Notes under the pieces: model-generated
What the model was told of the DNA's origin: nothing
Database searches by the model: none
The model's input: the letters and a program-made list of their open reading frames with translations, nothing else
Position numbers and translations under genes: made by a program
Virus record (IMG/VR): IMGVR_UViG_3300031892_000003
Coordinates: 1 to 48,933 of that record
Source: a virus
Taxonomy: Duplodnaviria > Caudoviricetes
Direction: 5' to 3' (one strand)
DNA length: 48,933 nucleotides
Shown: positions 15,908 to 25,833 of the stretch, piece by piece
Position numbering within the stretch: the first letter of the stretch is position 1
Layout: the number at the start of each line of letters is the position of its first letter

Positions 15908-17821
15908 TCACTTCTTCTTGGAGTCGGCCTTGTCGGCGACGTCCTTGGCCGCGTCGTACACGGCGCGCAGATCCGTCCGCATCTGTTCCTGCTGCGCCTT
16001 GCTCATGTTGAAGCTGTTGAGCGAGGCGCCAACGGTGGCGTTCCAATAGTCGTCGAACGTCTTGAAGTCGCCCTCCTGTAGGCGCGCCATGTTGTCACTG
16101 ATGAGCCGCTGCACCTGATCGGTCTGCCGCTGGGTCGCCTCGATGGCGCTATTGAGCCGTTCCTGGCGCTGGCCCTCTGCGCCCTGGGCCATCTGGTTGA
16201 AGGAGTTGAGCCGGTTCAGATCGTTGCCGGAGGCCTGGTTGGCGATGTTGGCGCCGGCCACCGTCCGGTTGAGGCCCGTCTGTGCCGCGCTCGCCGCCGC
16301 GCCCGATTGCGCCGTGAAGTCCGCGCGGCGCGAGTCGTCCGTGCGGAACGCCGTGTCGGCGCCGAGCCGTTGGCGTTCGAGCTGGGTGCGGTCGGCTGCC
16401 TCCATGGCGTTCGTGCGTGCCGTGAAGCGGTTGGTCTCCGCCGTGTCCGCGTTGCTCGCGATGTTGCCGAGCGCGTTGAGCCCCGAGACGCGGGTGTTGG
16501 CTGCCGAGGTCGCCTGGGTGTCGGCCGCGTTCGCCATGCTGCCGAGTAGCTCGTTGCGCCCGAGCTCCTGGTTGGCCTGCATGTTGTTGATGTTGGCGAA
16601 GGTGTTGGCCCCGGCCAGGTTGGCGTTGAAGGCGTCGGTTGCGGACACGTCGCTCTGGCGTGCCTGGTTGCCGAGCATCGTCTGCTGCCCGAGCGTCTGG
16701 TTGCCGGCTTGGTTGGCGAGGTTCCCGAACGTCTCGACGCCGGCCAGGTTGGCGCCGAACGCGCTGAGGCTGGAGAGGTCGCCCTGGCGCGCTTGCTCGC
16801 CGAGCAGCTGTTGGCGGGCGCGCTGCTCTTGCGTCCGCTGCATCTCGGCGTCGAAGCTGCGGTTGGCGCGCTGGGCCTCGATGTCCGTAATCACGTTGCC
16901 GACGCCGGACAGGGCCTCGCTCGATCCGTAGACGCCGCGCCCCGCGCTCTGTCGGTTGTAGTCCTGGGTCGCGAGCTGTCGGGCCCGGTCGTAGAACGGG
17001 TCGAAGTTGGCGATGGGCATGTCACCAAACGCCTGCTGCGTCTGGGCGTACTGCCCCGCCGCCAGGTTCGGGTCGTTGTACTGGCCAATCTGGCCGTACT
17101 GTCCCTGCACCTGGTCGTAGAACTGCTGGGCCGCGAGCGGGCCGCTGGATGCGTTCTGCTGGTATTGCCCGAGCGCGTTGTTCTGCCCGTTGTACTGGCC
17201 AATCGCGCCGTACTGCCCCGCGAGCTGCCCGAGGCCTTGCTCGCCCTGGGTGCCGCCTGCGAGCGACGCCGCGCTCTGGCCGTACTGGCCCTGGGTGTTG
17301 CCGGCGCCCTGGTAGTTCATGAACTGCCCCGCCTGGCCCTGCGCCATCGTGTTGAACGCGCCGGCTGCGCCCGTTGGCGCCATGTTCTGCGCGGCGGAGC
17401 GCGCGAACTGCTCGCCGGCAAACGGGCTCATGAACTGCCCCTGCTGCTGGTTCCAATACTGCTCGCCCGCGCCCGGACCGTTGAGCGTGCCGAGGTTCTG
17501 GTTCAGCCACTGCTCGCCGCTGGTTGGGTTCTGGGTCGAGTAGGCCGCGTTCTGCAGGAAGGCGGCGGACGGATCCGACTGCAACCGGGTCTGTGTCGAC
17601 TGCAGCGCCTGCTCGCCGTAGCCCGCGTTGGTGAGGTTGTTGCCCGGATCCTGCAGCACCCCACCCTGGCTCTGGCCCACCCCCGCCTGCTGCGAGCGCA
17701 AGGGCGCGGTCGGGCCCGTCGCTTGCGGGGCGCCCGGCACGGGCGACTGGTAGTTCGTGTAGCGCGCGTCCCGGACGCCTTGAGAGACCGGGGGCAGCGT
17801 GGTCGGGTACATGCTGGCCAT
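15908..17821 (-). CDS. Gln/Gly/Ala/Asn-rich ejection (DNA transfer) protein
   Basis: Low-complexity helical sequence with AGRGVYGSS motif; ejection module position. Confidence 0.7.
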   Translation of the reverse strand: MASMYPTTLPPVSQGVRDARYTNYQSPVPGAPQATGPTAPLRSQQAGVGQSQGGVLQDPGNNLTNAGYGEQALQSTQTRLQSDPSAAFLQNAAYSTQNPTSGEQWLNQNLGTLNGPGAGEQYWNQQQGQFMSPFAGEQFARSAAQNMAPTGAAGAFNTMAQGQAGQFMNYQGAGNTQGQYGQSAASLAGGTQGEQGLGQLAGQYGAIGQYNGQNNALGQYQQNASSGPLAAQQFYDQVQGQYGQIGQYNDPNLAAGQYAQTQQAFGDMPIANFDPFYDRARQLATQDYNRQSAGRGVYGSSEALSGVGNVITDIEAQRANRSFDAEMQRTQEQRARQQLLGEQARQGDLSSLSAFGANLAGVETFGNLANQAGNQTLGQQTMLGNQARQSDVSATDAFNANLAGANTFANINNMQANQELGRNELLGSMANAADTQATSAANTRVSGLNALGNIASNADTAETNRFTARTNAMEAADRTQLERQRLGADTAFRTDDSRRADFTAQSGAAASAAQTGLNRTVAGANIANQASGNDLNRLNSFNQMAQGAEGQRQERLNSAIEATQRQTDQVQRLISDNMARLQEGDFKTFDDYWNATVGASLNSFNMSKAQQEQMRTDLRAVYDAAKDVADKADSKKK

Positions 17822-18801
17822 CAGAACCTCCTCTGTTGCTGAACCTGCGTCGGCTGTAGCGGGGTCGCGGCCGGCGGCAGCGGCGTCATGCCCTGCTTGA
17901 TCGAGGCCTGCCGCGCCTGATCCGCCTGCAGGCGCTGGACCTGCTCCTGCACCTTCTTCTGAATCGCGGGGTCGCCGCCCTGGTAGTTGACGAGGCTCGG
18001 ATCGACCGCGGCGGGGTCCTTGCCCATGGCTGCGAATTGCTCGGGGCTGAACGCCGCTTGCGGCCCGAACATCTGCGCCATCAGCTGGTTCTGCGGGTTG
18101 AACGCGAGCAGCTGTTGGCCGAGGCTATTCATCTGCTGCTGGTGCATGGAGCTCTGCCGCTGCCGCGCCTCCTCCGCCAGCTGCGCCTGCTTGCGCCGGA
18201 GCTTGGCCTCGTCGCCGTGCCCACCGAACACGTCGTTGAGCAGCATGCCGCCCGCCGTCGCCGCCTGTAGCCCGCTGATGACCTGCCCGGCGCTCAGGCC
18301 TCCGGCAGCCGCCGCGGTGCCCGTGCTCGCGGCCGTGGCCCCGCCAATGGCCGTTGGGGCCGCCAGGGTGGGTGCCGTCATGGCGCCGCCGGTCGTGATG
18401 GCGGGGGCCGCCGTGCCGCCCGCCATGGTGCCGCCCGCGGCCGCTGCCGGCGCCGCCAACAGGCCCGCGCCCGTGATGGCTGCCGGGGCCGCCAAGATGC
18501 CGAGCGTGAGCGGGTCACGGATGAGCGCGCCGCCGAGGCTGTGGCGGTTCTTCAGCATCCGTCGGCGCTCGGCTTCCGACTGGTACTCGCTCTGATCGGG
18601 GTTCTCCCGGCGCCAAGCGTCCTCCGCCTGCCGGCGCCGGTAGTAGTCGACGTTGTTGTTGGCGGTCGTCAGCCCCGCCTGCTGGTTGGCGTAGGCGATG
18701 CGCGCCTCTTCGTCCTGCGCCCGCTCCTCGGGGGTCTGGAACGGGGAGAGCACGCCTTGACCGGTGCCCTCGCCGAGAAAGTCGCTAGTGGTGGCGGACA
18801 T
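17821..18801 (-). CDS. Ejection/pilot-like protein
   Basis: Long Ala/Gly hydrophobic stretch followed by Gln-rich coiled coil. Confidence 0.65.
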   Translation of the reverse strand: MSATTSDFLGEGTGQGVLSPFQTPEERAQDEEARIAYANQQAGLTTANNNVDYYRRRQAEDAWRRENPDQSEYQSEAERRRMLKNRHSLGGALIRDPLTLGILAAPAAITGAGLLAAPAAAAGGTMAGGTAAPAITTGGAMTAPTLAAPTAIGGATAASTGTAAAAGGLSAGQVISGLQAATAGGMLLNDVFGGHGDEAKLRRKQAQLAEEARQRQSSMHQQQMNSLGQQLLAFNPQNQLMAQMFGPQAAFSPEQFAAMGKDPAAVDPSLVNYQGGDPAIQKKVQEQVQRLQADQARQASIKQGMTPLPPAATPLQPTQVQQQRRF

Positions 18802-18804
18802 GGT

Positions 18805-20412
18805 TCAGGAATCCTCCAGGGTGACGAAGTGCTCGGTCGCGCGCGCCAGGTAGAGCGGGTGCACGTCGGGGAACCGGAAGCGCCATTGCCGGCGCCGGTA
18901 GACACCGAGGGAGCGCAGGGTGACGACCGGGTTCAGGTCGCCGTCGTCTACTCCGAGCTCGACGGCGACGCTCGTCCAGTCGCTGCCGAGATCGTCGCGG
19001 TAGTCGAGCCAGCATACCACGCCCGTCGAGTCGGTCGTGGTGCGCTTGAAGACGAGGTGCACCGCCTGGCAGTGCTTACGGTTGTCGCTGCCCCGGTCGA
19101 GAAAGCCGGTGGAGGTGTAGGCAACGATGGGCAGCCCGAGGTCTGTCTCGTGGGTGATGCTCATCGTGCGAATGGTGCCGTCGTCCATGCCGACCACGTT
19201 CAGGCCGCCGTCCTGGCGTAGGTGGTGGGAGAGGACCGGCAGGCGGGTGAAAGCCTGTGTCGTCGCGTCGTAGGCGGCCCAGCGGGCCCAGCCGATGCCG
19301 GGCTGCAGCGCCAGGGTCTCCGAGTCCGCCTCGAACCGGAAGACGAGGCACTCGGCGAACGAGTCGCTGAAGCGGTAGCCGTAGGCATCGGAAGGGGTGT
19401 TGAGGTCGTCGAGCGTCGCCTGGATGGGCGCGCCTACATCCTGCCACTCGCGCCCGTCGCTCAGCACGATGCGGGTCATGTGGTCGACCCACGCGAACTT
19501 CTCGTCGACCTTGGTCACGGAGTACGCGGCGAGACACCCAATCTCCTTGGTGATGCTCGGGGCGAAGGTGCTGGCCGTGTCGGGGGCGAAGAGCTGTAGG
19601 CTGGTCGCGCCGAACAGGAACAGGTCGTTCGTGTTCTCCGCAATCGCGACCAGGCTGTCGGCGCGCGCCTCCGCGGTAAAAAACCCGGCGGCGCCCGGGC
19701 TCGGTGCCCACGTCTCGTGACCGAGGAAGTCGACGATGCCTTGAGACAGGTCCGAGTATCGGACCTTGGTCTGATCGAGCTGGGTGTCGTTGGCGAGGAT
19801 TCGGCTCGAATTGGGGATGACGTGGGAAGCGAGCGGCGGGCAGCCGCCGAGAAAGCTCATCTCGTGGTAGTCGGCGTTGGTCGTGAAGTTGGGGGCGCTG
19901 AAGAGCTCGGGGCGGATGTCGATCTTGCCGATCTCCGCGCCACCTGCGATGACGAGCAATGCTTCCGTCTCTGCGAACGCGGGCCTGGGAAACCGCGTTG
20001 TGGCTATGGCTGCGGGCGTTGCCAGGCGATCCTCGTTCGCGACGCCCGTGCCCACTAAGGTCGCCACGCCTCCGACGATTCGATAGACGTTACGGCCCGC
20101 GTTGTGCCCGCCTCCGGATGCGTTCACGGTGGCACCTACGGCGTAGAGCACGCCAGGGTGCACGCCGCTCACTGTGGGCGTTCCGCTCGTGTGCGCTACG
20201 CGGTCTTCCGTGAGGTACAACCCGAGCACCCCATTCGCGTCGACCGTAGTAGCGGGAGCGACACCCGTGTAGGCGGCGATGCCAGGGCGCTTGCGCAAGG
20301 CGCCGCGCTTGTCGACGATGACGTTGACGGCCTCGGGGCTTCCGCCGCCAATCTCTTCCGTCGAGGTTTCGAGAGTTGGACCAAACGGGATCGGCTGGAC
20401 GGTAGTGGGCAC
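18805..20412 (-). CDS. Tail hub/packaged-DNA stabilisation protein (P22 gp10-like)
   Basis: 535 aa beta-rich; FFTAEARADSLVAI, GCLAAYSV, LGVYRRRQWRF patterns; follows the adaptor gene. Confidence 0.7.
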   Translation of the reverse strand: MPTTVQPIPFGPTLETSTEEIGGGSPEAVNVIVDKRGALRKRPGIAAYTGVAPATTVDANGVLGLYLTEDRVAHTSGTPTVSGVHPGVLYAVGATVNASGGGHNAGRNVYRIVGGVATLVGTGVANEDRLATPAAIATTRFPRPAFAETEALLVIAGGAEIGKIDIRPELFSAPNFTTNADYHEMSFLGGCPPLASHVIPNSSRILANDTQLDQTKVRYSDLSQGIVDFLGHETWAPSPGAAGFFTAEARADSLVAIAENTNDLFLFGATSLQLFAPDTASTFAPSITKEIGCLAAYSVTKVDEKFAWVDHMTRIVLSDGREWQDVGAPIQATLDDLNTPSDAYGYRFSDSFAECLVFRFEADSETLALQPGIGWARWAAYDATTQAFTRLPVLSHHLRQDGGLNVVGMDDGTIRTMSITHETDLGLPIVAYTSTGFLDRGSDNRKHCQAVHLVFKRTTTDSTGVVCWLDYRDDLGSDWTSVAVELGVDDGDLNPVVTLRSLGVYRRRQWRFRFPDVHPLYLARATEHFVTLEDS

Positions 20413-20472
20413 GCTACCAGCCCCCGGTTAGCGAGGCAGGAGCCGCAACGGTCAGTGCCGAAGCGTCCCACG

Positions 20473-21207
20473 TCATGCGGTCCACTGCGTGGTGTAGGAG
20501 AGGATGGCCTGCGTCGGGGTGTGCTCGAACGAGTACCGGAGACAGTCCTTCTTCTTGCCCTCCGCCATGCTGGTCAGGAAGGTGATCTTGTCGCCCGGCA
20601 TGCTCGAATCGATGGCCACGTAGTAGGCCAGCATCCAGATCAAGGCATCGTACCAGTAACGGTGCAGGTCCGGGCTGTTGTCGCCGTCGGCGTTACTGCC
20701 GAGCAGGCGCACGGTCTTTAGCCGCATGGTGCCCGCGTCCGTCGGCACGGGCCAGAACTTGAGCTGCACCTGCGCGCCCTGGCGGAACGAGGCGTAGAGC
20801 TGAGGGCGGGTGGAGGTCGAGCCCTTGGTGGTGATGAGCTGCCAGGTCGTCACGTCCACCTGCTTGCACACGAGCTCCCCGGTCGTGTTCTTGGTGTCCG
20901 GGTTCTCCGTGGAGGAGATGAACATGGCGTCCTCGAACACGTCGAGGATGCTATCGGGCAAGGTGTAAGCGCTCTCGCCCTGCACGATGGGCAGGTCGTA
21001 GAACTGGGTCGTGCGCGCGATGAAGCCTTCGACCGCGAGACTGTCCATGATGACGTCGAGCAGCTGCCGACCATGCTCTAGCCGCGCCGTCATGTTGGCG
21101 CCACTGATGCGGGCTTCTACCGGGATGACCCCGGCTCGCTTGTAGGCGAGCAGGATGAGGGTATTGATGCTGATGGGCGCGGAAGGGCTCGTGGCGATCG
21201 TCATCAA
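20473..21207 (-). CDS. Head-tail adaptor protein
   Basis: LILLAYKRAG N-terminus, YTLP..LD, RPQLY, FWPVP motifs seen in podovirus adaptors. Confidence 0.7.
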   Translation of the reverse strand: MMTIATSPSAPISINTLILLAYKRAGVIPVEARISGANMTARLEHGRQLLDVIMDSLAVEGFIARTTQFYDLPIVQGESAYTLPDSILDVFEDAMFISSTENPDTKNTTGELVCKQVDVTTWQLITTKGSTSTRPQLYASFRQGAQVQLKFWPVPTDAGTMRLKTVRLLGSNADGDNSPDLHRYWYDALIWMLAYYVAIDSSMPGDKITFLTSMAEGKKKDCLRYSFEHTPTQAILSYTTQWTA

Positions 21208-22274
21208 AACCCCGGCTTGTTCACGAGGGTGCCCGGTGACGAGTAGGTCGGCACCTCGTTGTTGTAGACCTGTTCCACGGTTCGGCGCCGCGCGATGCCC
21301 GAGTAGGAGCCGTTGACCGGTACCGGCTCACCCGCAACGAGCGGCGGCGCAAACGCGATGGATGCGTGCGCTTGTCGCGGTGTCCCGCTCGTTACCGTCG
21401 CCGTCGTGGCGCCATAGGCTCCCGCCGTGAGCACCAGACCCTTCCAGATAGCAAACCCGCCCCCGTTGCCGCTAACGGTGCCGTCGTCAAAGATCTTGCT
21501 GAAGAACGAGAAGGTACTGTTGGCCCCCTCTGAGAAGCGGGAACCGTTGAGGTCGTTGTCACGGGTGCTGATGGCGAGCACTAGGCAGTTGTCCCGGGTG
21601 GTCGTGGCCCCAGGGATGGACACGGCGGTGCCGGAAGCAACCGTGTCTCCCGCAACGACGTTGAAGGGGTCGGCGGCGTCGTCGCAGCCACCGAGGAGGA
21701 TGAATGTCCCGCAGCCGTGGTCTCCCGCGAAGTTACCCGTCGAGATGTTGGCCTCGGGGAACGTGGCCCGTTTCCAGAACACCTGCAGACTGGTCGCGTT
21801 GACGGCGTTCGGGGTGCCGATGCCTTGGGCTGCGCCCGGGATGCTGGCCATCGTCGCCGGGGTGCTGATGGGCAGGTTCGCCGTCTCGAAGACGATGAGC
21901 CCGATATCACCCGTCGCGTGGCTGGAGGGCCACGTGAAGGTGATGGCTACTCCGGTGGAGCTCTGGACGGCGGCCACGCTCTTGAGCCGGGGCGGGGGCC
22001 CAGCAACCAGCGCGTTCGCTTCCCGCACGGGCAGCACGTCCGGGTAGGCCCCGTCGGCAGGACGCTGCAGTCCGAGCTTACTCGCGAGCGCGGCCGCTCG
22101 CTTTGCCGTCAGCTCGGACAGCGTGATGGCGTCCCGCCCCGGGCGATCGTTGTCGCACCGGAGCAGGCCGTCACGCCCGCGGCTGAGGGCGCTCCGCAGG
22201 TACATCACCCCGCACACGTCGCACCGGGATAGGTGCTCGCCCTTGCGGTCGATGTTGTGCGGAACGCTCCTCAT
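21204..22274 (-). CDS. Virion protein with N-terminal Cys motif and beta-rich domain
   Basis: RCDVCG..GLLRC N-terminus followed by Thr/Gly/Ala-rich beta domain. Confidence 0.65.
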   Translation of the reverse strand: MRSVPHNIDRKGEHLSRCDVCGVMYLRSALSRGRDGLLRCDNDRPGRDAITLSELTAKRAAALASKLGLQRPADGAYPDVLPVREANALVAGPPPRLKSVAAVQSSTGVAITFTWPSSHATGDIGLIVFETANLPISTPATMASIPGAAQGIGTPNAVNATSLQVFWKRATFPEANISTGNFAGDHGCGTFILLGGCDDAADPFNVVAGDTVASGTAVSIPGATTTRDNCLVLAISTRDNDLNGSRFSEGANSTFSFFSKIFDDGTVSGNGGGFAIWKGLVLTAGAYGATTATVTSGTPRQAHASIAFAPPLVAGEPVPVNGSYSGIARRRTVEQVYNNEVPTYSSPGTLVNKPGF

Positions 22275-22283
22275 GCCTCTCCA

Positions 22284-23156
22284 TTACGAGTCCGCGTTCG
22301 CGTCGGGGGCGATGATGCCCGTGCCACCGGTCGCGTCTGCGCCGTAGTTCTCGAACGTGCCGACTCCCGGCAAGGCGCTCGCGCCGATGGTGATGAGCGA
22401 CCCTACCGCGCCCGCGCCGAGGTTGGTCGCCGTCATCAGGTAGTTGTTGGCGATGAAGCCCGTGATGGCCGCGTTGGCCACGGTGATACCGACGCCGCCG
22501 CCGACGGCCTGGATCTGCCGGATGAAGTTGCCCTGGATCAGGATGTTGGTGCTCGCGGTGCCGGAGATGTTGATGATGGCCGCCGTGCTGTCGAACGCGA
22601 TGTGGTTGCCCGTGACCACCAGGTTGGCGTTGCCCGGGAAGCCGAACAGGTTGAAGCCGCTCGCCGTGGTGGACTGCACGAAGTTACCCACGAACGAAAA
22701 CCCGCTCACCCCGGCGGTGAGCTGGAAGATGGTGGCCGCCCCCGCCGCGGGCGAGATGGTGAAGTTGAGCCCCGCGATGGTCGAGCCCACCCACGCGGAG
22801 GTGGATAGGAAGCTCGTGCTGTTGCCGCTCACCACGAAGGTCGGGTTGTTGGCCGCGCCCGGCTTGCCTGCGCCGATGACCTGCGCGCCCGGGACCATGC
22901 TCGTCCAGGGGTTACCCGCCGCCGTGTACGTCTCGGTGTGACCCGGCAGGACATACACGATGTCGTTGAAGCCCGAGCGGCAGCGAGCGAGGCCCGCGTT
23001 CACGGTCGAGACGAGCAGGCCAGAATTGGCGAACAGGTCATCGCCCTCCTGCGCCCCGATGCTCCGAACGTAGGCCGCGACGCGCCCGCCCGGCTTGATG
23101 CTGATGCCGTTGGGGCCACCAATCGCGGCGTAGTTGGAGAAGAACGGCGTGCTCAT
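22284..23156 (-). CDS. Virion protein with probable right-handed beta-helix
   Basis: DIVYVLPGHTE motif and repeated xxGNxI/ANN turns. Confidence 0.7.
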   Translation of the reverse strand: MSTPFFSNYAAIGGPNGISIKPGGRVAAYVRSIGAQEGDDLFANSGLLVSTVNAGLARCRSGFNDIVYVLPGHTETYTAAGNPWTSMVPGAQVIGAGKPGAANNPTFVVSGNSTSFLSTSAWVGSTIAGLNFTISPAAGAATIFQLTAGVSGFSFVGNFVQSTTASGFNLFGFPGNANLVVTGNHIAFDSTAAIINISGTASTNILIQGNFIRQIQAVGGGVGITVANAAITGFIANNYLMTATNLGAGAVGSLITIGASALPGVGTFENYGADATGGTGIIAPDANADS

Positions 23157-23239
23157 TAGCAGCCCTTACCCTTCTTGACGCCCGGCTTCGGCGCGAACGG
23201 CGGAGGCTTGGGCTTGGGGGAAGTCTTGGGTTTGGCCAT
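23156..23239 (-). CDS. 27-aa Lys/Pro-rich peptide (not in ORF track)
   Basis: AAGGAGG SD, MAKPKTSPKPKPPPFAPKPGVKKGKGC, TAATG coupling to the next gene. Confidence 0.7.
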   Translation of the reverse strand: MAKPKTSPKPKPPPFAPKPGVKKGKGC

Positions 23240-23249
23240 GGTTCCTCCT

Positions 23250-24161
23250 TCAGGCGTTGCTGAACAGAATCGCGCGCGGGTTGACCCAGCCGCGCGTCCA
23301 CCGCGCCGTGATGGCGTAGTTCATCATGGTCTTGTCCTCGGTCACCCAGGTGTTGCTCTTGGGCTTGCGGCGCCAGAACCACATCAGACCGAGCTCGGCG
23401 TCCGTGATGAGCGCCCAGTTGGTGCTGGTGTTGTTCCAATACTTGACCGGCACGCCCTGGATGTTGAGGTCGCGGTTGATGGGGTTGATGGCGTTGAACG
23501 CGCCCGGGGTCGGGTCGTTCGAGCTGCCGAGCACTTCGCGCCAGATGCCCCACTGCTGCACGGGGTAGACGGCCTTCTTGGCTTCGACGCCGTCAATCAG
23601 GCCGTCGTGGCCGACCTGTTGCATCAGCTGCGCCGTCGCGATGGTGAGCGAAGCCTTGCTCGGGCTCATCGGCACGGCGAGGGTGTTCGAGTAGGTGCCG
23701 CCACCGGGCAGCGCGTGGGTCGCGCTCGCGAGCGGCTGGCCGTCGCCGCCCACGAAGCTCGTATTGGTCGCGCGCACCAGGATCAGTGTCGCGTCGAAGT
23801 CCGCCAGCTTCCACAGCGAGCGCTCGTTGCGCTTGGCGGCCTGGATGACCTTGTCGTACTTCATGTCTTCGAGAGCCTCATCGCTCACGATCATGCGCTG
23901 GCCGTAGGTGCGCGCGTTGAAGCGCGTGAGGGGCCCCTCGTAGATGGTGCCGAGCGGGATGCTCTCACCCTCGGGCTTTTCACCAGCCAGCCCGGAGCCG
24001 GCGATCTCGTAGAACTCGACGTAGTTGTCCTCCATGGACTTTACGGTCATCCACTTGGTGAGGACGGCTTTGCTGCCCGACGCGCCCGTTTCGTCGGTGT
24101 CGATGCCCTCCAGGGTATCCTTGAGGGCTAGGGCCGCTGTGCTGGTGAAAATCTCGCTCAT
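23250..24161 (-). CDS. Major capsid protein
   Basis: 303 aa; G.G.A.EKPEG, GGDGQPL.S..H, C-terminal RW..GW.NPR pattern; follows portal and scaffold. Confidence 0.85.
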   Translation of the reverse strand: MSEIFTSTAALALKDTLEGIDTDETGASGSKAVLTKWMTVKSMEDNYVEFYEIAGSGLAGEKPEGESIPLGTIYEGPLTRFNARTYGQRMIVSDEALEDMKYDKVIQAAKRNERSLWKLADFDATLILVRATNTSFVGGDGQPLASATHALPGGGTYSNTLAVPMSPSKASLTIATAQLMQQVGHDGLIDGVEAKKAVYPVQQWGIWREVLGSSNDPTPGAFNAINPINRDLNIQGVPVKYWNNTSTNWALITDAELGLMWFWRRKPKSNTWVTEDKTMMNYAITARWTRGWVNPRAILFSNA

Positions 24162-24193
24162 GATTCCTCAGGTCGGAAAGGGGATGCCCGCGC

Positions 24194-24895
24194 TCATTCG
24201 AGGTTGGCGCCGAAGATGCCGGCGTCGGGCGCGACGGCGAGCTGCTCGGCGGTGAACTTGACTTGGAACGTCACGTTGGTGCTCGCGAAGTCCATCGAGT
24301 CGCCGGCCTTGCCGAGCCCGACGATGACGAGCTGCAGCTGGTTGGCGCCGCCGGCTGCGAGAGTCGAGACGCCGAGCAGCGGGTTGGCCTTCGGCTGTCC
24401 GGTGCCGCTCGTCAGCACGCTGTAGGTGATGGTCGCCGTCTGACCCACGACGGCCAGGCACGCGCTCTTGGTACCGGCGCCAACGACCGCGTCCGCGTCG
24501 ATCTCGAAGATGTTGCCCGCAACCGGGATGACGGAGACGAGCGGGGCGTTGTCGCTGCCGATGCCACCCGTGTAGGTGGTGCCGCTCGTGTAGAACGAGC
24601 CGGGCCGCGGGAAGCCGCCGACGATGACGCGCGGGAAGCCGGCGATGATGCCGAACGTGTAGTCGTCAGAGTCCGCGTTGGCGGTGGTGACGTCCTGGGC
24701 CGTTTGCACCAGGCCAATCGTGCCGTCCTCGAACAGGCGCACGGGGTCGCCGATGTTGAGGTTCACGCTGGTGCCGGCGCCGAAGATGGTGACCGGCGCG
24801 TAGGCGGTGGCGATGGGGAAGGTGAGAACCTGCGGCGTTTCGCCGCTGCCGATGGCACGCTGAAAGCGGATGCCGTAGCGATGAGTATTGGCCAT
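24194..24895 (-). CDS. Capsid decoration/minor capsid protein
   Basis: MAN...YG.R N-terminus, IGDPV, IFEIDAD; directly upstream of capsid. Confidence 0.65.
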   Translation of the reverse strand: MANTHRYGIRFQRAIGSGETPQVLTFPIATAYAPVTIFGAGTSVNLNIGDPVRLFEDGTIGLVQTAQDVTTANADSDDYTFGIIAGFPRVIVGGFPRPGSFYTSGTTYTGGIGSDNAPLVSVIPVAGNIFEIDADAVVGAGTKSACLAVVGQTATITYSVLTSGTGQPKANPLLGVSTLAAGGANQLQLVIVGLGKAGDSMDFASTNVTFQVKFTAEQLAVAPDAGIFGANLE

Positions 24896-24940
24896 TGTCG
24901 AGCGATCCTTATGGGTGAAGGGTCATGTCTGACGGCTAGG

Positions 24941-25414
24941 TCAGAACTGCCATTTGCTGCGGTCGTCGTTGCGCATGCGCACGGAAGTAATCCCCTGAAA
25001 GCCCCGCTTTTCCTCATCGGACAGCGGATCGATCTCGCGGTTGCGGATGACGTCCTCGATGGCGTTGGCCTTGTCCCAACCCACCTTGTCGATCTGCGCC
25101 TTGCGCTCTTTCGAGCACTCCATCAGGACCATGCCCATACTTTTGATGGGGTCGCCCTGCTTGTACTCGTTCCAACCGAGCGTCGGCCGCGCCTCGCTCG
25201 GGTCGTACTGCGCGATCTTGTAGCCTTGAGCCTGGTAGAAGGAGACGTTGATGGTCGGGTCGTTGACCTCGCTCACCCAGACGTAGTGCTTGTCCGCGTC
25301 GCCCTGTTCGAGGAAGCCCCGGTTGGCGGTCTGCTCCACGGGACGCGGCGGAGGGTCCTCACGCCGAATGCCCCGCTGCTTGCTCCCCTGCGCCTGAACC
25401 GTCTCGTCTGCCAA
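24941..25414 (-). CDS. Head-module hypothetical protein (TTG start)
   Basis: GGAG SD; YVWV..GY..GMVLME pattern between scaffold and capsid. Confidence 0.7.
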   Translation of the reverse strand: MADETVQAQGSKQRGIRREDPPPRPVEQTANRGFLEQGDADKHYVWVSEVNDPTINVSFYQAQGYKIAQYDPSEARPTLGWNEYKQGDPIKSMGMVLMECSKERKAQIDKVGWDKANAIEDVIRNREIDPLSDEEKRGFQGITSVRMRNDDRSKWQF

Positions 25415-25517
25415 CGAATGCTCCGCCTGAAGCCCACCGGGTTCAGGCGAGTCCGTTCGTGGGGTGAACGGTCACCGACGCCCGGCTATGAAAGCACGGG
25501 CCTGTCAGGCGGTCAAG

Positions 25518-25540
25518 CTCTGATAGGTTCTACCTATCAG
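25518..25540. promoter_or_regulatory. Palindromic operator-like site, copy 1
   Basis: CTGATAGG-N5-CCTATCAG abutting a minus-strand TTGACC; related to the site at 33242. Confidence 0.45.
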
Positions 25541-25826
25541 CGAGCGCCAGGGGGAGCTTGCGCAACAAGGGTTTAGCCCTGCCGCCCACGAGCGCGATCG
25601 CGGTCAGCTCGCCACCGATGTCGGGCTCGTAGAACGGCACGACGGCGGTCTGCCCATCCCCTCGCTCCTTGAGCGCCGCGAGCTCCGGCAGGCCTGGCAC
25701 CGAGAGCACGATGAGGTTGCCGTTCGTCACCGCGTGCAGGAACGCATGCTCCCACTCGCGAACGGCGTGGCACGCCTGCGCCATCTGCAACCCGGGCGGG
25801 AGGTCGCCCCTCACCACCACGTACAA
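25530..25826 (-). CDS. Peptidyl-tRNA hydrolase II (Pth2/PTRHD1)-fold protein; start uncertain (TTG 25826, GTG 25877 or ATG 26015)
   Basis: LYVVVRGDLPPGLQMAQACHA, LIVLSV, FYEPDIGGELTAIA, LRKLPL motifs of the Pth2 fold. Confidence 0.82.
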   Translation of the reverse strand: MYVVVRGDLPPGLQMAQACHAVREWEHAFLHAVTNGNLIVLSVPGLPELAALKERGDGQTAVVPFYEPDIGGELTAIALVGGRAKPLLRKLPLALADR

Positions 25827-25833
25827 GCTGGGT

